From an uncultured Solirubrobacterales bacterium (GTDB lineage Bacteria; Actinomycetota; Thermoleophilia; Solirubrobacterales; Solirubrobacteraceae): a DNA stretch of 64,000 bases. Location of the stretch: NCBI GenBank assembly GCA_963705995.1, contig CAVPLN010000019.1:33840-97839 (forward strand). The letters run 5' to 3'. This document shows positions 1 through 12,745 of this stretch, in pieces (positions within the stretch are counted from its first letter, which is position 1; every line of letters begins with the position of its first letter). Both the position numbers and the translations under genes were made by a program. The notes under the pieces were generated by a model. That model was not told the origin of the DNA. It searched no databases and saw only the letters and a program-made list of their open reading frames with translations.

Positions 1-1209
1 AGCTCGAGCAGGAGGGCAAGCTGCTCGAGTCCCATCGCCTGCGCCAGCGGACCCAGTACGACATGGAGATGCTGCGCGAGATGGGCTTCTGCAGCGGCAT
101 CGAGAACTATTCGCGGATCCTGGACGGCCGGCGAGCCGGTGACCGCCCGTACTGCCTGCTCGACTACTTCCCCGACGACTTCGTCTGCTTCATCGACGAG
201 TCCCATCAGACGGTTCCCGCAGATCGGCGGGATGTCCGAGGGGGACCGCTCGCGCAAGCAGACGCTGGTCGACTATGGCTTCCGGCTGCCGAGTGCGCTC
301 GACAACCGGCCGCAGACCTTCCAGGAGTTCCTCTCGATCACGCCGCAGATCGTGTTCGTGTCCGCGACGCCAGGTGAGTACGAGCGCACGCACTCCGTCC
401 GGGTCGTCGAGCAGATCGTGCGGCCGACGGGGATCCTCGAGCCCGAGGTCGAGGTCCGCGAGACCCGCAATCAGATCGACGATCTGATGAACGAGATCCG
501 GGGCCGGGTCGAGCATGAGGAGCGCGTGCTCGTCACCACCCTGACCAAGAAGATGTCCGAGGACCTCACCGACTACCTGCTCGAGATGGGCTTCAAGGTT
601 CGCTACCTGCACTCGGAGATCGACACGCTCGAGCGGATCCAGATCATCCGCGAGCTCAGGCTCGGGGAGTACGACGTGCTCGTCGGCGTCAACCTCCTGC
701 GCGAGGGCCTCGACCTGCCCGAGGTCTCCCTGGTGGCGATCCTCGACGCCGACAAGGAGGGCTTCCTCCGCGGCGAGACCTCGTTGATCCAGACGATCGG
801 CCGGGCGGCGCGCAACGTCGAGGGCAAGGTGCTGATGTACGCCGACAAGGAGACCGCGGCGATGCGGGCGGCGATCGGCGAGACGAACCGGCGCCGTGAG
901 ATCCAGCGTGCCTACAACGTGGAGCACGGGATCACCCCGGAGACGATCACGAAGGGGATCTCGGACATCGCCGAATTCCTCCAGTCCGACTCCAAGGTGC
1001 CGCGCTCTCGACGCCGCCGGCAGCGCGACCGTGAGGGTATGCCTCCGGCCGAGATCGAGCGCGCGATCGTCGAACTGGAGGAGGAGATGCTCGCCGCCGC
1101 CGAGGATCTGCGGTTCGAGTATGCCGCCAAGGTCCGCGACGAGATCCGTGACCTCAGGCGGGAGCTCGACCTGGCTCTTGCAGCCGGACGATTCGAGCGC
1201 GGCCAATAA
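1..1209 (+). CDS. uvrB: Excinuclease ABC subunit B (5'-partial; +1 frameshift near 217-220)
   Basis: Frame 3 reads ...[23 protein letters not shown]...IDESHQTVP, then frame 1 continues QIGGM...[12 protein letters not shown]...[29 protein letters not shown]...QTIGRAARN with a C-terminal UVR coil. An extra C in a CCC run is probably a sequencing error. Confidence 0.97.
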   Translation, partial: SSSRRASCSSPIACASGPSTTWRCCARWASAAASRTIRGSWTAGEPVTARTACSTTSPTTSSASSTSPIRRFPQIGGMSEGDRSRKQTLVDYGFRLPSALDNRPQTFQEFLSITPQIVFVSATPGEYERTHSVRVVEQIVRPTGILEPEVEVRETRNQIDDLMNEIRGRVEHEERVLVTTLTKKMSEDLTDYLLEMGFKVRYLHSEIDTLERIQIIRELRLGEYDVLVGVNLLREGLDLPEVSLVAILDADKEGFLRGETSLIQTIGRAARNVEGKVLMYADKETAAMRAAIGETNRRREIQRAYNVEHGITPETITKGISDIAEFLQSDSKVPRSRRRRQRDREGMPPAEIERAIVELEEEMLAAAEDLRFEYAAKVRDEIRDLRRELDLALAAGRFERGQ

Positions 1210-1230
1210 CGCGCGGCCTGATGCCGCGCG
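1210..1230 (+). terminator. GC-rich hairpin after uvrB
   Basis: cgcgcggc-ctgat-gccgcgcg immediately after the stop codon; no U-tract. Confidence 0.4.
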
Positions 1231-1340
1231 GGCCGCTGGCTCGAAGGTCGCGCGCGCTGAGCCGCGCCTCGGCTGGTCCGGTACGCTCCGGCCTTCCCAA
1301 GGCTTTTTTGACATGAAGACCGGATCCGGAGGTGGTGCCC

Positions 1341-2153
1341 GTGCCGCTTGAACGACAGAGCATTGAGAAGAAGGACTTTCCGATCGGGCGCCGCGGCTAC
1401 GACCCCGAGGCGGTGGACGCCCACCTCGCGCAGCTCGCCGGCGAGGTCGAGGAGCTGAAGCTGACCTCCAGGCGGCGGTCCGAGACGCTGGCGTCGGCGG
1501 CCAGCGAGCAGGTTCGCGCGATCGTCGAGGCGGCCGAGAAGAGCGCGGCCGACATCCAGCGCCAGGCCGAGGACGAGGCGCGCGAGATCCGGGCCGAGGC
1601 CGCTGATGAGGCCCGCTCGACGCGCGAGCAGGCGACGGGGCAGGCGCGCGAGTACGTGGGCAAGGTCTCCGAGTCGACGTCGGTGATGCTCCAGCGTCTC
1701 GACGCGATGGAGAATGAGTTGATCGCGCTGATCGAGTCGCTGCGCACCGGCTCCAACCGCCTCGGCGCCGACCTGCAGCTGCTCGAGAGCAACCTCGAGG
1801 AGGTGCGCGTTGCCGTTGAGCCGCGGCCGCGGTTCGAGGAGGAGGCCGCCGGCAGCGTGGAGGCCGGCGAGGCGGCGTGGTCGGAGCCGGCCGCCCCGGA
1901 GGTCGAGGTCGAGGTCGAGGTCGAGATGCACGCGCCTCCCGAGGAGCCGGAGCCCGTCGGCGCGAGCTTCGCCGAACCCGTCGCGGACGTCCCGCAGGGT
2001 GAGGACGACACCGAGGGCGCCCGCCTGATCGCGCTGAACATGGCCCTCAACGGCACTCCGCGCGAGGAGACCGACAAGTATCTGGCTGAGAACTTCTCGC
2101 TGCACAACCGGAGCGAGCTGCTCGACGAGGTGTACGCCTCCGTCGACGGATAG
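1341..2153 (+). CDS. DivIVA-domain coiled-coil protein
   Basis: N-terminal KDFPIGRRGYDPEAVDAHL matches the DivIVA motif; long coiled coil; GGAGG upstream of the GTG at 1341. Confidence 0.8.
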   Translation: MPLERQSIEKKDFPIGRRGYDPEAVDAHLAQLAGEVEELKLTSRRRSETLASAASEQVRAIVEAAEKSAADIQRQAEDEAREIRAEAADEARSTREQATGQAREYVGKVSESTSVMLQRLDAMENELIALIESLRTGSNRLGADLQLLESNLEEVRVAVEPRPRFEEEAAGSVEAGEAAWSEPAAPEVEVEVEVEMHAPPEEPEPVGASFAEPVADVPQGEDDTEGARLIALNMALNGTPREETDKYLAENFSLHNRSELLDEVYASVDG

Positions 2154-2176
2154 CGCGTCGCTGGAGCGGTGCGCCG

Positions 2177-2422
2177 TCAGCGGTCGGGGCGGCGGCGATG
2201 CTGGCGGTCGCGCGCGTGGCGGTGCCCGCGCTCGTGCGTCGCAGGCAGGTCGCGGCGGAGCGCCTCGAGCTCGCCCGTCGTCGTCGCCGCGTAGGCGGCC
2301 TGTGTCCGGTGTTCGAGCTCGTCAACAGTCAGCCGCCCGGCGGCCACGTGTTCGCGCAGATCGTCGATCACTCGTTCGCGGTCGCCATCGGAGGCACGCA
2401 GACCCGATCTTTCGTCGCTCAC
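2177..2422 (-). CDS. DUF1707 (SHOCT-like) small protein
   Basis: [32 protein letters not shown]...[10 protein letters not shown] is the typical DUF1707 signature; TACAGT -10 lies 7 nt before the GTG. Confidence 0.8.
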   Translation of the reverse strand: MSDERSGLRASDGDRERVIDDLREHVAAGRLTVDELEHRTQAAYAATTTGELEALRRDLPATHERGHRHARDRQHRRRPDR

Positions 2423-2450
2423 AGCGGAAACTGTAGGCGCTCAGCGGATG

Positions 2451-2476
2451 GGAACGTCTGTTCGGGAGGCTAGACT
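2451..2476 (+). promoter_or_regulatory. LexA (SOS) box and -10 element of uvrA
   Basis: GGAAC-GTCT-GTTCG (2451-2464) fits the Gram-positive GAAC-N4-GTTC box; TAGACT at 2471-2476 lies 7 nt before the ATG. Confidence 0.8.
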
Positions 2477-2483
2477 CGCCTCC

Positions 2484-5411
<2,928 letters not shown>

Positions 5412-5586
5412 CGAGCGTCGGTCAGTGAGGTGCAGGTTTGGGGTTGTGGGTTGGAGAGCTCGCAGCTGGCTGCGGTGACCTCGCCCGTGACCCGCTCGGT
5501 GTCGTGACCCCTACTTACGGACGCTGGACGGCGGGCCGATGGCGAGGAGAGTTCGAGAACGCTGCGCTCGGCCGTACTCTGGCCTC

Positions 5587-6204
5587 GTGGACGTTGCGAG
5601 CGCGAGGCTGTGGCTGCAGAAGTGGCGCTGGTACGAGCGCAACTCGCTGCCCTGGAATCGAGCGCAGATCCACTGGGAGCTCGCACGCCGGCAGGCGTTC
5701 GCGCGCTGGCCCCTGCACGGCAACGTGCTCGAGTCCCTGCGTGACGGGCGGCTCGAGCTTGGGGCGAATGTGCTGTTCGAGCCGAACGTGTGGATCACGA
5801 TGCCGGCGCCGGCGCGGGTTCGCATCGGCGCCGGAACGTTCCTCAACCTCGGGGTGATGGTTGCCGCATCCCAGCTCGTCGAGATCGGCGAGCACTGCAT
5901 GCTCGCCAACGGCTGCTTCGTGACCGACGCCAACCACCGGTTCGACGATCCCGACCGGCCCGTGCCGTGGCAGGGATTCACGAGCAAGGGGCCGACGCGG
6001 ATCGGCGACAACGTGTGGTGCGGCGCCCACGTGGTCGTCACCAGCGGCGTCACGATCGGGGAGCGCTGTGTGATCGGCGCCGGCTCGGTCGTGACCGAGG
6101 ACGTCCCGCCGTTCACGGTGGCGGCCGGTGCGCCCGCCCGCGTCATTCGCCAGATCAGCTATCCGCGCAACCCGGACGTCGCGGCCCGCGAGCACGGCGG
6201 CTAG
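5587..6204 (+). CDS. Hexapeptide-repeat acyltransferase (maltose/galactoside O-acetyltransferase-like)
   Basis: IGDNVWCGAHVVVTSGVTIGERCVIGAGSVVTEDVPP..VAAGAPARVIR; start placed 6 nt after TACTCT. Confidence 0.85.
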   Translation: MDVASARLWLQKWRWYERNSLPWNRAQIHWELARRQAFARWPLHGNVLESLRDGRLELGANVLFEPNVWITMPAPARVRIGAGTFLNLGVMVAASQLVEIGEHCMLANGCFVTDANHRFDDPDRPVPWQGFTSKGPTRIGDNVWCGAHVVVTSGVTIGERCVIGAGSVVTEDVPPFTVAAGAPARVIRQISYPRNPDVAAREHGG

Positions 6205-6244
6205 CGAATCGTGAAACGCGCCACTCGCGACGGCCTGCCCGCCG

Positions 6245-6871
6245 TCACGAGTTCTTGATGACGATCCCTTCGAGGATGTTGGCGACGCGCTCGGTCGCGT
6301 CGATCGCCGCCTCGAGGCGCTCGAACAGGTCCTTCCAGCGGATCACGACCATCGGATCGATGCCGCCGTCGAACAGCGATGCGACAGCCTCCCGCGTGAT
6401 CCGGTCGCCGTCGTTCTCGAGGCGGTTGACCTCGACCGTGTAGTGCGAGATGTCACGGAATCCGCGCAGCCTCGGGATCGCCTCGCAGACGAGCTTGGCG
6501 GCGCCGTGCAGCACGTGCGCGAGCCGGATCGCCTGATCCATCGGGGCCTCGATCTTGTAGAGGCCGAGATAGTCGGCAACCTCCTCCGTGTAATCGACGA
6601 TGTCGTCGAGCGCCGAGGCGAGCGCGAGGATGTCCTCGCGGTCGATCGGCGTCACGAACGTGTGATTCAGCCGGTCGATGATGTCGTGGGTGATCCGGTC
6701 ACCCTCGTGCTCGCACGCGTTGATCTCCTGCGCGAGGTGCTTGCTGTCGGGGTAGCCGCCCATCATCTCGTCGAGCAATGCGCACGCGTGCTGGATGTTG
6801 CGCCCGGCCTCCTCGAACAGCTCGAAGTACACACGGTCCCGAGGAGCGAACACCTGGGCGAGCCTGGGCAT
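6245..6871 (-). CDS. DUF47 / Pit accessory (PhoU-like) protein
   Basis: EHEGDRITHDIIDRLNHTFVTPIDREDI...LENDGD...ANILEGIVIKNS. Confidence 0.9.
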   Translation of the reverse strand: MPRLAQVFAPRDRVYFELFEEAGRNIQHACALLDEMMGGYPDSKHLAQEINACEHEGDRITHDIIDRLNHTFVTPIDREDILALASALDDIVDYTEEVADYLGLYKIEAPMDQAIRLAHVLHGAAKLVCEAIPRLRGFRDISHYTVEVNRLENDGDRITREAVASLFDGGIDPMVVIRWKDLFERLEAAIDATERVANILEGIVIKNS

Positions 6872-6918
6872 TCAATGGATGGTACGGCCCAGCGACGCCC
6901 GGCGAGTGACCGACTTGC

Positions 6919-7839
6919 TCAGTCCGGGGCGCGCTGGGCGTCCTTTAGCGCCGCCAGTTCGGTTCTGAATGCCGCCAGTTCGGCGTCGTCGATCGAGTAG
7001 GCGTGCTCCGGGCCCGGGTAGCGGCGGGCGCGCACGTCCGCGGCGTAGGCGGCCACACCGGCGACCATCTCGTCCTGGAGGTCGGCGTAGCGCTGGACGA
7101 AGCGAGCGCCACGGCCCTCGCGGATCCCGAGCAGGTCGTGGAAGACGAGCACCTGGCCGTCGACCGCCGGGCCTGCGCCGATTCCGATCACGGGGATCTC
7201 GAGGTGTCCGATCAGCTCGCTCGCGACGGCTGCGGGGATCGCCTCGAACACGAGCGAGAAGCAGCCGGCCTCCTGCAGCGCGAGCGCCTCGTGCGCGATC
7301 CGGATCGCCGCACTCGTGTTGCGGCCCTGGGCGCGGTAGCCCCCGAGCGCGGTCGAGGTCTGCGGCGTCAGCCCGACGTGGCCCATGACCGGGATCCCGG
7401 CCTGCACGATCGCACGGGCCCGAGCGACCGACGTCTCGCTGCCTCGCTCGAGCTTGACCGCGTCGCAGCCGGCCTCCTTCACGAATCGCATCGCCGTCTC
7501 GACGGCCTGCTGATCGGACAGCTCGTAGGAGCCGAATGGCAGGTCGCCGATCATGAACGGCGTGCGCAGCCCGCGCCGCACGGCGCGCGCCAGCATCAGC
7601 AGTTCCTCGAGCGACACCGGGATCGTCGAGGGGTAGCCGAGGACCGTCATCGCGCCCGAGTCGCCGACCAGCACGACATCGACGCCGGCAGCCTCCGCGG
7701 CCCGCGCGCTCGGGAAGTCGTAGGCGGTCACCATCACGAGCGGCTCACCGAGGCGGACCTTCTCGTGCAGGATCGGCAGGGTCACCGGCAGCCGCGACGC
7801 ATCGGCCGGGACTGTGATGTGAGGAGGTGCAGAGGACAT
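6919..7839 (-). CDS. panB: 3-methyl-2-oxobutanoate hydroxymethyltransferase
   Basis: MVTAYD, VLVGDS, GDLPFGSY, AVKLE, GHVGLTPQ, GQVLVFHDLLG. Confidence 0.97.
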   Translation of the reverse strand: MSSAPPHITVPADASRLPVTLPILHEKVRLGEPLVMVTAYDFPSARAAEAAGVDVVLVGDSGAMTVLGYPSTIPVSLEELLMLARAVRRGLRTPFMIGDLPFGSYELSDQQAVETAMRFVKEAGCDAVKLERGSETSVARARAIVQAGIPVMGHVGLTPQTSTALGGYRAQGRNTSAAIRIAHEALALQEAGCFSLVFEAIPAAVASELIGHLEIPVIGIGAGPAVDGQVLVFHDLLGIREGRGARFVQRYADLQDEMVAGVAAYAADVRARRYPGPEHAYSIDDAELAAFRTELAALKDAQRAPD

Positions 7840-7857
7840 CGAGTGCCTTTCAGTCCG

Positions 7858-8250
7858 CTACGCGACCGGCTCGCCGAGCAGGCTCGCGACCGCGTGGTCG
7901 ACAGTGACGATCCCGTTTCCGGCCCCGATATGGACGACGGTCGGCTGGTAGTGGTCGAGCTCGTCGGGGTCGTAGCTCGCGTACGAGATCACGATCACCG
8001 TGTCGCCCTGATGGACCAGCCGGGCGGCCGCGCCGTTCACCTGGATCGTTCCCGATCCCGGCTCGCCGGCGATCGTGTAGGTCTCGAAGCGCGCGCCGTT
8101 GTCGACGTCGACGACCGCGACCTGCTCGAACTCGCGAATGTTCGCCGCCTCGAGCAGGTCGGCGTCGATCGTGATCGAGCCCACGTAGTGCAGGTCACAG
8201 CTGGTGACCGTGGCCCGGTGGATCTTCGACTTGAGCATCGTTCGATGCAT
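7858..8250 (-). CDS. panD: Aspartate 1-decarboxylase
   Basis: [22 protein letters not shown] (G-S cleavage site), [14 protein letters not shown]. Confidence 0.98.
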   Translation of the reverse strand: MHRTMLKSKIHRATVTSCDLHYVGSITIDADLLEAANIREFEQVAVVDVDNGARFETYTIAGEPGSGTIQVNGAAARLVHQGDTVIVISYASYDPDELDHYQPTVVHIGAGNGIVTVDHAVASLLGEPVA

Positions 8251-8263
8251 CTGGACTCCTCGT

Positions 8264-9178
8264 TCAGCTTCCCGCCGCGGTCGCGGGCACCCCGGGGGCC
8301 GGCCTTGCAGCCTGCGTTCCGGGGTCTCGCCTGGCGGTCGAGAGCGTGTGGTTGTCGATCAAACGGGTGGTCCCGACACGCGCCGCCACGACGGCGAGGG
8401 TCGGGCCATCCACCTCCAGAACCGGAGTCAGCGTGTCCGCTGAGACCAGCTCGAAGTACTCGGTCTCGACGCCCGCGGCGTCGAGTTCGGTGCGCGCCAG
8501 CGCGACCACCGCGGCGGCGTCGCGCTCGCCTGCGGTCACGGCTGCGTCAGCCGCGCGCAGCGCCCGGTGCAGCGCCGTGGCGCGCTCGCGCTCGTCACCG
8601 CGCAGAAGCGCGTTGCGGCTTGACATCGCCAGCCCGTCGGGTTCGCGGACGGTTGGGCACACATCGATCTGGATCGGCAGATCGAGGTCGCGCACGAGCC
8701 GCCGGACGACGAGCACCTGCTGGGCATCCTTCTGTCCGAAGTAGGCAACATCCGGCGCGACCACGTTGAAGAGCTTCGTGACGATCGTGGCGACGCCGTC
8801 GAAGTGCGCGCGGCCCCGGTGGATGCCCTCGAGCCGGTCGGTCAGCCCGGCGACCTGGACCGTCGTCGCGAACCCGGGCGGGTAGAGCTCGCTCGTCGCG
8901 GGCACGAACAGCAGGTTGACGCCGGCCTCCGCGGCGAGGGCCGCGTCGCGCGACTCATCGCGGGGGTAGGCATGGAGATCCGCGCGATCGGTGAACTGCG
9001 TCGGGTTCACGAACAGCGTCACGACGACTTCGTCGCAGTCGCGGCGGGCGCGGTGGATCAACGACAGGTGGCCCTCGTGAAACGCTCCCATCGTCGGCAC
9101 CAGCCCGATCCGGGCTCCGCTGCGGCGGGGTTGGGCAAGCGCCGCACGCAGCTCGGCCACAGTGCGGAGCGTCCTCAT
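8264..9178 (-). CDS. panC: Pantoate--beta-alanine ligase
   Basis: [47 protein letters not shown]. Confidence 0.98.
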   Translation of the reverse strand: MRTLRTVAELRAALAQPRRSGARIGLVPTMGAFHEGHLSLIHRARRDCDEVVVTLFVNPTQFTDRADLHAYPRDESRDAALAAEAGVNLLFVPATSELYPPGFATTVQVAGLTDRLEGIHRGRAHFDGVATIVTKLFNVVAPDVAYFGQKDAQQVLVVRRLVRDLDLPIQIDVCPTVREPDGLAMSSRNALLRGDERERATALHRALRAADAAVTAGERDAAAVVALARTELDAAGVETEYFELVSADTLTPVLEVDGPTLAVVAARVGTTRLIDNHTLSTARRDPGTQAARPAPGVPATAAGS

Positions 9179-9975
9179 GGCGCGCTCCCCTCCAGGATCG
9201 ACTGCCCGCGGCCGTTCGCGGCCGCTGAGCCGCGGCCGGCGAGCGTCCGTGTCGCCGTGACGAGGGCATCGAACAGCGGCACGAGCTCCGGGGTCCGTTC
9301 GGCGATCGCCGCTCGCTGGCGCTCGACCGTCGCCTCATCGCCGCGGGCGACGGGTCCGGTGAGCGCCCCGGGGCCGCCGAGGTTCGCCCAGTTCTCCACG
9401 GTCGCGCGGACGAGCGGCACGAGCATCTGACGCTCGATCCCCGCCGTCGCGGCCAGGCGCTCGGCGGAGAACTCGAGCGTGACGAGGAAGTTCGAGGCGA
9501 TCGATGCCGCGGCGTGGTAGGCGATGCGATCCCGGGGCGAGACGGCGACCGGCGTCATCCCGAGCCGTTCGGCGAGTTCGGTCGCGAACGCGAGCGCCGC
9601 CGGTGACGAGCCGGCGACCGCGGCGCCCGCCCCTGCGAAGGTGGCGCCGGCGGCGGTCACGGTCATCAGCGGGTGCAGCGAGAAGGCGGGATGGGGCCCG
9701 AGCACATCGAGTCCGGTCGCACCCGAGCAGTGACCGACGAGGCGGCTGCGCGCGATGTGCCCCGCGGCGCCTTCGATCTCGGCGTCCGGGACGCACAGCA
9801 GGACGGCATCGAAGCCGGCGCCGTCGGCGCCGCGGCCGAACGGCCCATCGACGTCCACGCCGGCATCTCGCAGCGCAGGCACGATCGCTCGTCCGAGGCG
9901 GCCCGTGCCGATCACGGCCAGCCGAACAGGGCGAGCAGCAGAAGGATCCGGAGAAGGCAGTTCCAGTTCCCGCAT
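9175..9975 (-). CDS. Rossmann-like/DUF2520 protein (PanG-type ketopantoate reductase candidate)
   Basis: IGTGRLG, HCSGA, LHPLMT, YHAAASIASNF, LTGPVARGD; first gene of the pan operon. Confidence 0.85.
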   Translation of the reverse strand: MRELELPSPDPSAARPVRLAVIGTGRLGRAIVPALRDAGVDVDGPFGRGADGAGFDAVLLCVPDAEIEGAAGHIARSRLVGHCSGATGLDVLGPHPAFSLHPLMTVTAAGATFAGAGAAVAGSSPAALAFATELAERLGMTPVAVSPRDRIAYHAAASIASNFLVTLEFSAERLAATAGIERQMLVPLVRATVENWANLGGPGALTGPVARGDEATVERQRAAIAERTPELVPLFDALVTATRTLAGRGSAAANGRGQSILEGSAP

Positions 9976-10017
9976 GGGAGATACCGGTCTGAGTGGGATG
10001 GTGGTGAAGAGGGGGCC

Positions 10018-10048
10018 GCGGTCCGTCCCGACAGTCGGTGACGGCCGC
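10018..10048 (-). ncRNA. pan-motif-like cis-regulatory hairpin
   Basis: Minus strand GCGG-CCGUC-A-CCGA-cug-UCGG-GACGG-A-CCGC: a stem with one bulged A on each side, between the -10 TAGACT (10058-10063) and the pan operon start. Confidence 0.65.
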
Positions 10049-10094
10049 TTACCCGTGAGTCTACCTGGCCTGCGCCTCATTTACCATCGGCAGC

Positions 10095-10856
10095 GTGAGG
10101 AGCCCAGCTGTCCGGCGCGAGCTTCTGAAGGCCGTCTACGACGAGGCGCGCGTGTGCATCGCTTGCCAGCTCCACCAGACCCGCACGCAGGTCGTGTTTG
10201 GCGCGGGCAGCGCCGATGCCGACCTGATGTTCGTCGGCGAGGCGCCCGGGTCCAACGAGGACCGGCAGGGCCTTCCGTTCGTCGGGCAGGCGGGAAAGCT
10301 GCTCGACCGGCTGCTCGGCGAGATCGGCATGGAGCGCAGGGACGTGTTCATCGCCAACGTCCTCAAGTGCCGCCCGCCCGACAATCGCGACCCGCTGCCC
10401 CACGAGATTGCCACCTGCCAGGGATATCTCTTCCGGCAGCTGGACCTGATCGAGCCGACGGTCGTCTGCACGCTCGGCAACTTCGCGACAAAGCTCCTGC
10501 GCGGCGATCCAACCGGCATCGCGCGCCTCCACGGCCTCGTCGAGGAGCGGACGATCGGACCGCGCACCGTGCGCCTGCTGCCGCTGTACCACCCGGCGGC
10601 CGCGCTCTACACGCCGTCCAATCTCGAGATGCTGCGGGCGGACTTCGCGAGGATCCCCGAGCTGCTGGCCCAGGGACCGCCGCCGCAGCCCGAGCCCGTG
10701 CCGGAGGTCCCGGAGGACGCCCTGATCGAAGCGGCGGCTGAGACCGGGCAGGACGCCGATGCGGTCACCGGCTCAGCGCCGGCCGGCAACCGGCCTGAGG
10801 GTGTGGCGGAGCCGCAGCCCGCCACAACCGGGCCGGAGCAGCTCGGCCTGTTCTGA
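10095..10856 (+). CDS. Uracil-DNA glycosylase, family 4 (Fe-S)
   Basis: CxxC, FVGEAPG..ED..G.PFVGQAG, NVLKCRPP.NRDP, YHPAA. Confidence 0.95.
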   Translation: MRSPAVRRELLKAVYDEARVCIACQLHQTRTQVVFGAGSADADLMFVGEAPGSNEDRQGLPFVGQAGKLLDRLLGEIGMERRDVFIANVLKCRPPDNRDPLPHEIATCQGYLFRQLDLIEPTVVCTLGNFATKLLRGDPTGIARLHGLVEERTIGPRTVRLLPLYHPAAALYTPSNLEMLRADFARIPELLAQGPPPQPEPVPEVPEDALIEAAAETGQDADAVTGSAPAGNRPEGVAEPQPATTGPEQLGLF

Positions 10857-10886
10857 CTCACGGCCCCTGCCGCGGCCGTCCCGCGC

Positions 10887-12254
10887 TCAGATGACCGGCT
10901 CGACCTCGATCGGAGCGACGAGGTCGCTCGGCTCGACGAACCGCTCGGCCGGCGGCGGCGCGGTCGCCGCAGCGCGGCCGCCCGCGCGCAGCGCCATCAC
11001 GTAGGCGAGCGCCGCGCCGACGGCCTGGACGCCGAGGACGACCGTCGCGAACGGAGCCGGATGGCGCGGGGCCTGCAGCAGCAGCACCGGCTCGACGACT
11101 GCCACCAGCCCGATCACGACCAGGAACCAAGCTCGCTTCAGCGCGAGCAGGTACTGGACCGCCAGGTAGGTGGACGCGAGGACGGTGAACGCGGCGCCGA
11201 GCGGCAGCAGGCAGTTCGAGTCGATCGCCTTCGCCTTGCCGAACACGACCGAGAGCAGCGGGTGGGCGGCGAACGCGTAGATCAGCATGCACGGCACTGC
11301 ACAGACCGCGACGATGCCGAGCGCTCGCACGAGCACTCCGCGCGTGTCCTCGCCTGCGGCGCGGCGACGCGACGTCTCGGGCACGAGATAGAAGCTCGCG
11401 CCCATCGCGACCCAGATCAGCACCTTCGCAGCAACCGCCGCGACCGCGTACGACGTCGCATGCCGCGTCGAGAACTGGTGCTTGGCGGTGATCAGATCGA
11501 CGTTCTGTAGCAGCTGGATCACGCCGAGCGCTGCGATCGGGACGATCGCGAGCCAGACGTGCTGCCACAGCCCGAACGCCGCGCGCGTCGCATCTCCGGT
11601 CGACCAGCGACGATGGTCGGGACCGGCCAGCTGGCCATACAACTTGATCGCGCAGTAGGCGCACATGGCGACGTAGGAGATCAGCGAACCCAGGTAGGCG
11701 CCGCTGATTCCGAGACCGGCCACGGCGAGCACGACGCCTCCGATCAGGCGAGCGGTCTGCTCGCCGATCAGGCTGATGCCGACGCTCTTGTAGTCGCCGA
11801 CTCCTTGGAGGGCCCCGCGCAGGATCGACACCTCCAGGTACAGGCAGCCGGCGGGGATCCCGGCGGCAGCCGCCCAGGCGTAACGCGGCACGCCCACGAG
11901 ATCGGCGATCGGCTGGCGTGCGATGATCGAGGCAACCGTCGCGACGATTGTCAAGATCGCCATCGAGCGCGCCCAGCGTTCGAGTGTGTGGAGCAGGTCC
12001 TCGCCGAGGCCGAGATGCCCGAGCACGCCTTCGCGGGCCGTCGCGACCTGTAGCGCCTGACCCGCGACCGTCAGGATCAGCAGATAGCTGATCAGCGCCG
12101 CCAGCGCGCCATAGTTGGAGAACATCCGCCCGAAGGCCACCGACGCGATCAGCGCGATCACGTTGTTGGCGATCATCGCGCCGGCCAAGCCGGCCGCCTT
12201 GCCCGTGTCCGAACCGCGCAGGTTTTCGAGAACAGGCTGGAAGCGCTTGAACAT
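10887..12254 (-). CDS. Wzx/MATE-like polysaccharide flippase-type membrane protein
   Basis: About 12 hydrophobic segments; YGALAALIS, LRGALQG, YAVAAVAAK patterns; start set at MFKRFQPV. Confidence 0.65.
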   Translation of the reverse strand: MFKRFQPVLENLRGSDTGKAAGLAGAMIANNVIALIASVAFGRMFSNYGALAALISYLLILTVAGQALQVATAREGVLGHLGLGEDLLHTLERWARSMAILTIVATVASIIARQPIADLVGVPRYAWAAAAGIPAGCLYLEVSILRGALQGVGDYKSVGISLIGEQTARLIGGVVLAVAGLGISGAYLGSLISYVAMCAYCAIKLYGQLAGPDHRRWSTGDATRAAFGLWQHVWLAIVPIAALGVIQLLQNVDLITAKHQFSTRHATSYAVAAVAAKVLIWVAMGASFYLVPETSRRRAAGEDTRGVLVRALGIVAVCAVPCMLIYAFAAHPLLSVVFGKAKAIDSNCLLPLGAAFTVLASTYLAVQYLLALKRAWFLVVIGLVAVVEPVLLLQAPRHPAPFATVVLGVQAVGAALAYVMALRAGGRAAATAPPPAERFVEPSDLVAPIEVEPVI

Positions 12255-12374
12255 GTTCAGCAGGAAACGCCGCGACGTTCGCACCACATAAAGCCTCCGC
12301 CTGCCGGAGGAACTCTGGCGCGCGTGTGTAAAGAGTCGGCCGGAGGCTCTTCTACAGTGTCGCAGATCGTGAAC

Positions 12375-12731
12375 ATGTCTCGACCCGCCGCGGCACTCGC
12401 CGCGACACTGGTCTGTTGCGCCGCGGCCGTGGCGCCCGCTGCGTCGCAGGCCGCGTCCTCCGATGCGACGATCAGTTCGGTCAGGCCGCCGGCTCATGTT
12501 CCAACCCTCTCCTCGAAGCCGCCCGCCGGGCTCAGCCAGGGCACGACCACGACGACCACGACGAGCACGACGAGCACCACCGGGACCACGCCAACGACGA
12601 CCGCGACGACCCCAGCCGCTGGTGGATTGCCCCACACCGGAATCGATCTGGAGCTCGATCTGCTGCTTGGAGCGGCGATGCTGGCCGGGGGACTGACGCT
12701 GCGCCGGGTGTGGCCGGCAATGCGCAGCTGA
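12375..12731 (+). CDS. Small secreted Thr/Ser-rich protein with an LPxTG-type sorting signal
   Basis: Ala-rich signal peptide, poly-Thr tract, LPHTG followed by a hydrophobic helix and RR. Confidence 0.7.
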   Translation: MSRPAAALAATLVCCAAAVAPAASQAASSDATISSVRPPAHVPTLSSKPPAGLSQGTTTTTTTSTTSTTGTTPTTTATTPAAGGLPHTGIDLELDLLLGAAMLAGGLTLRRVWPAMRS

Positions 12732-12745
12732 GGCGGCGGACCGCT

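Noticed and set aside
200-230. Programmed frameshift in uvrB
   Set aside because: No slippery site or precedent that I know of; a homopolymer sequencing error is simpler
12248-12259. TGAACATGTTCA palindrome as an SOS box
   Set aside because: Spacer is 2 nt rather than 4, and it overlaps the flippase start codon
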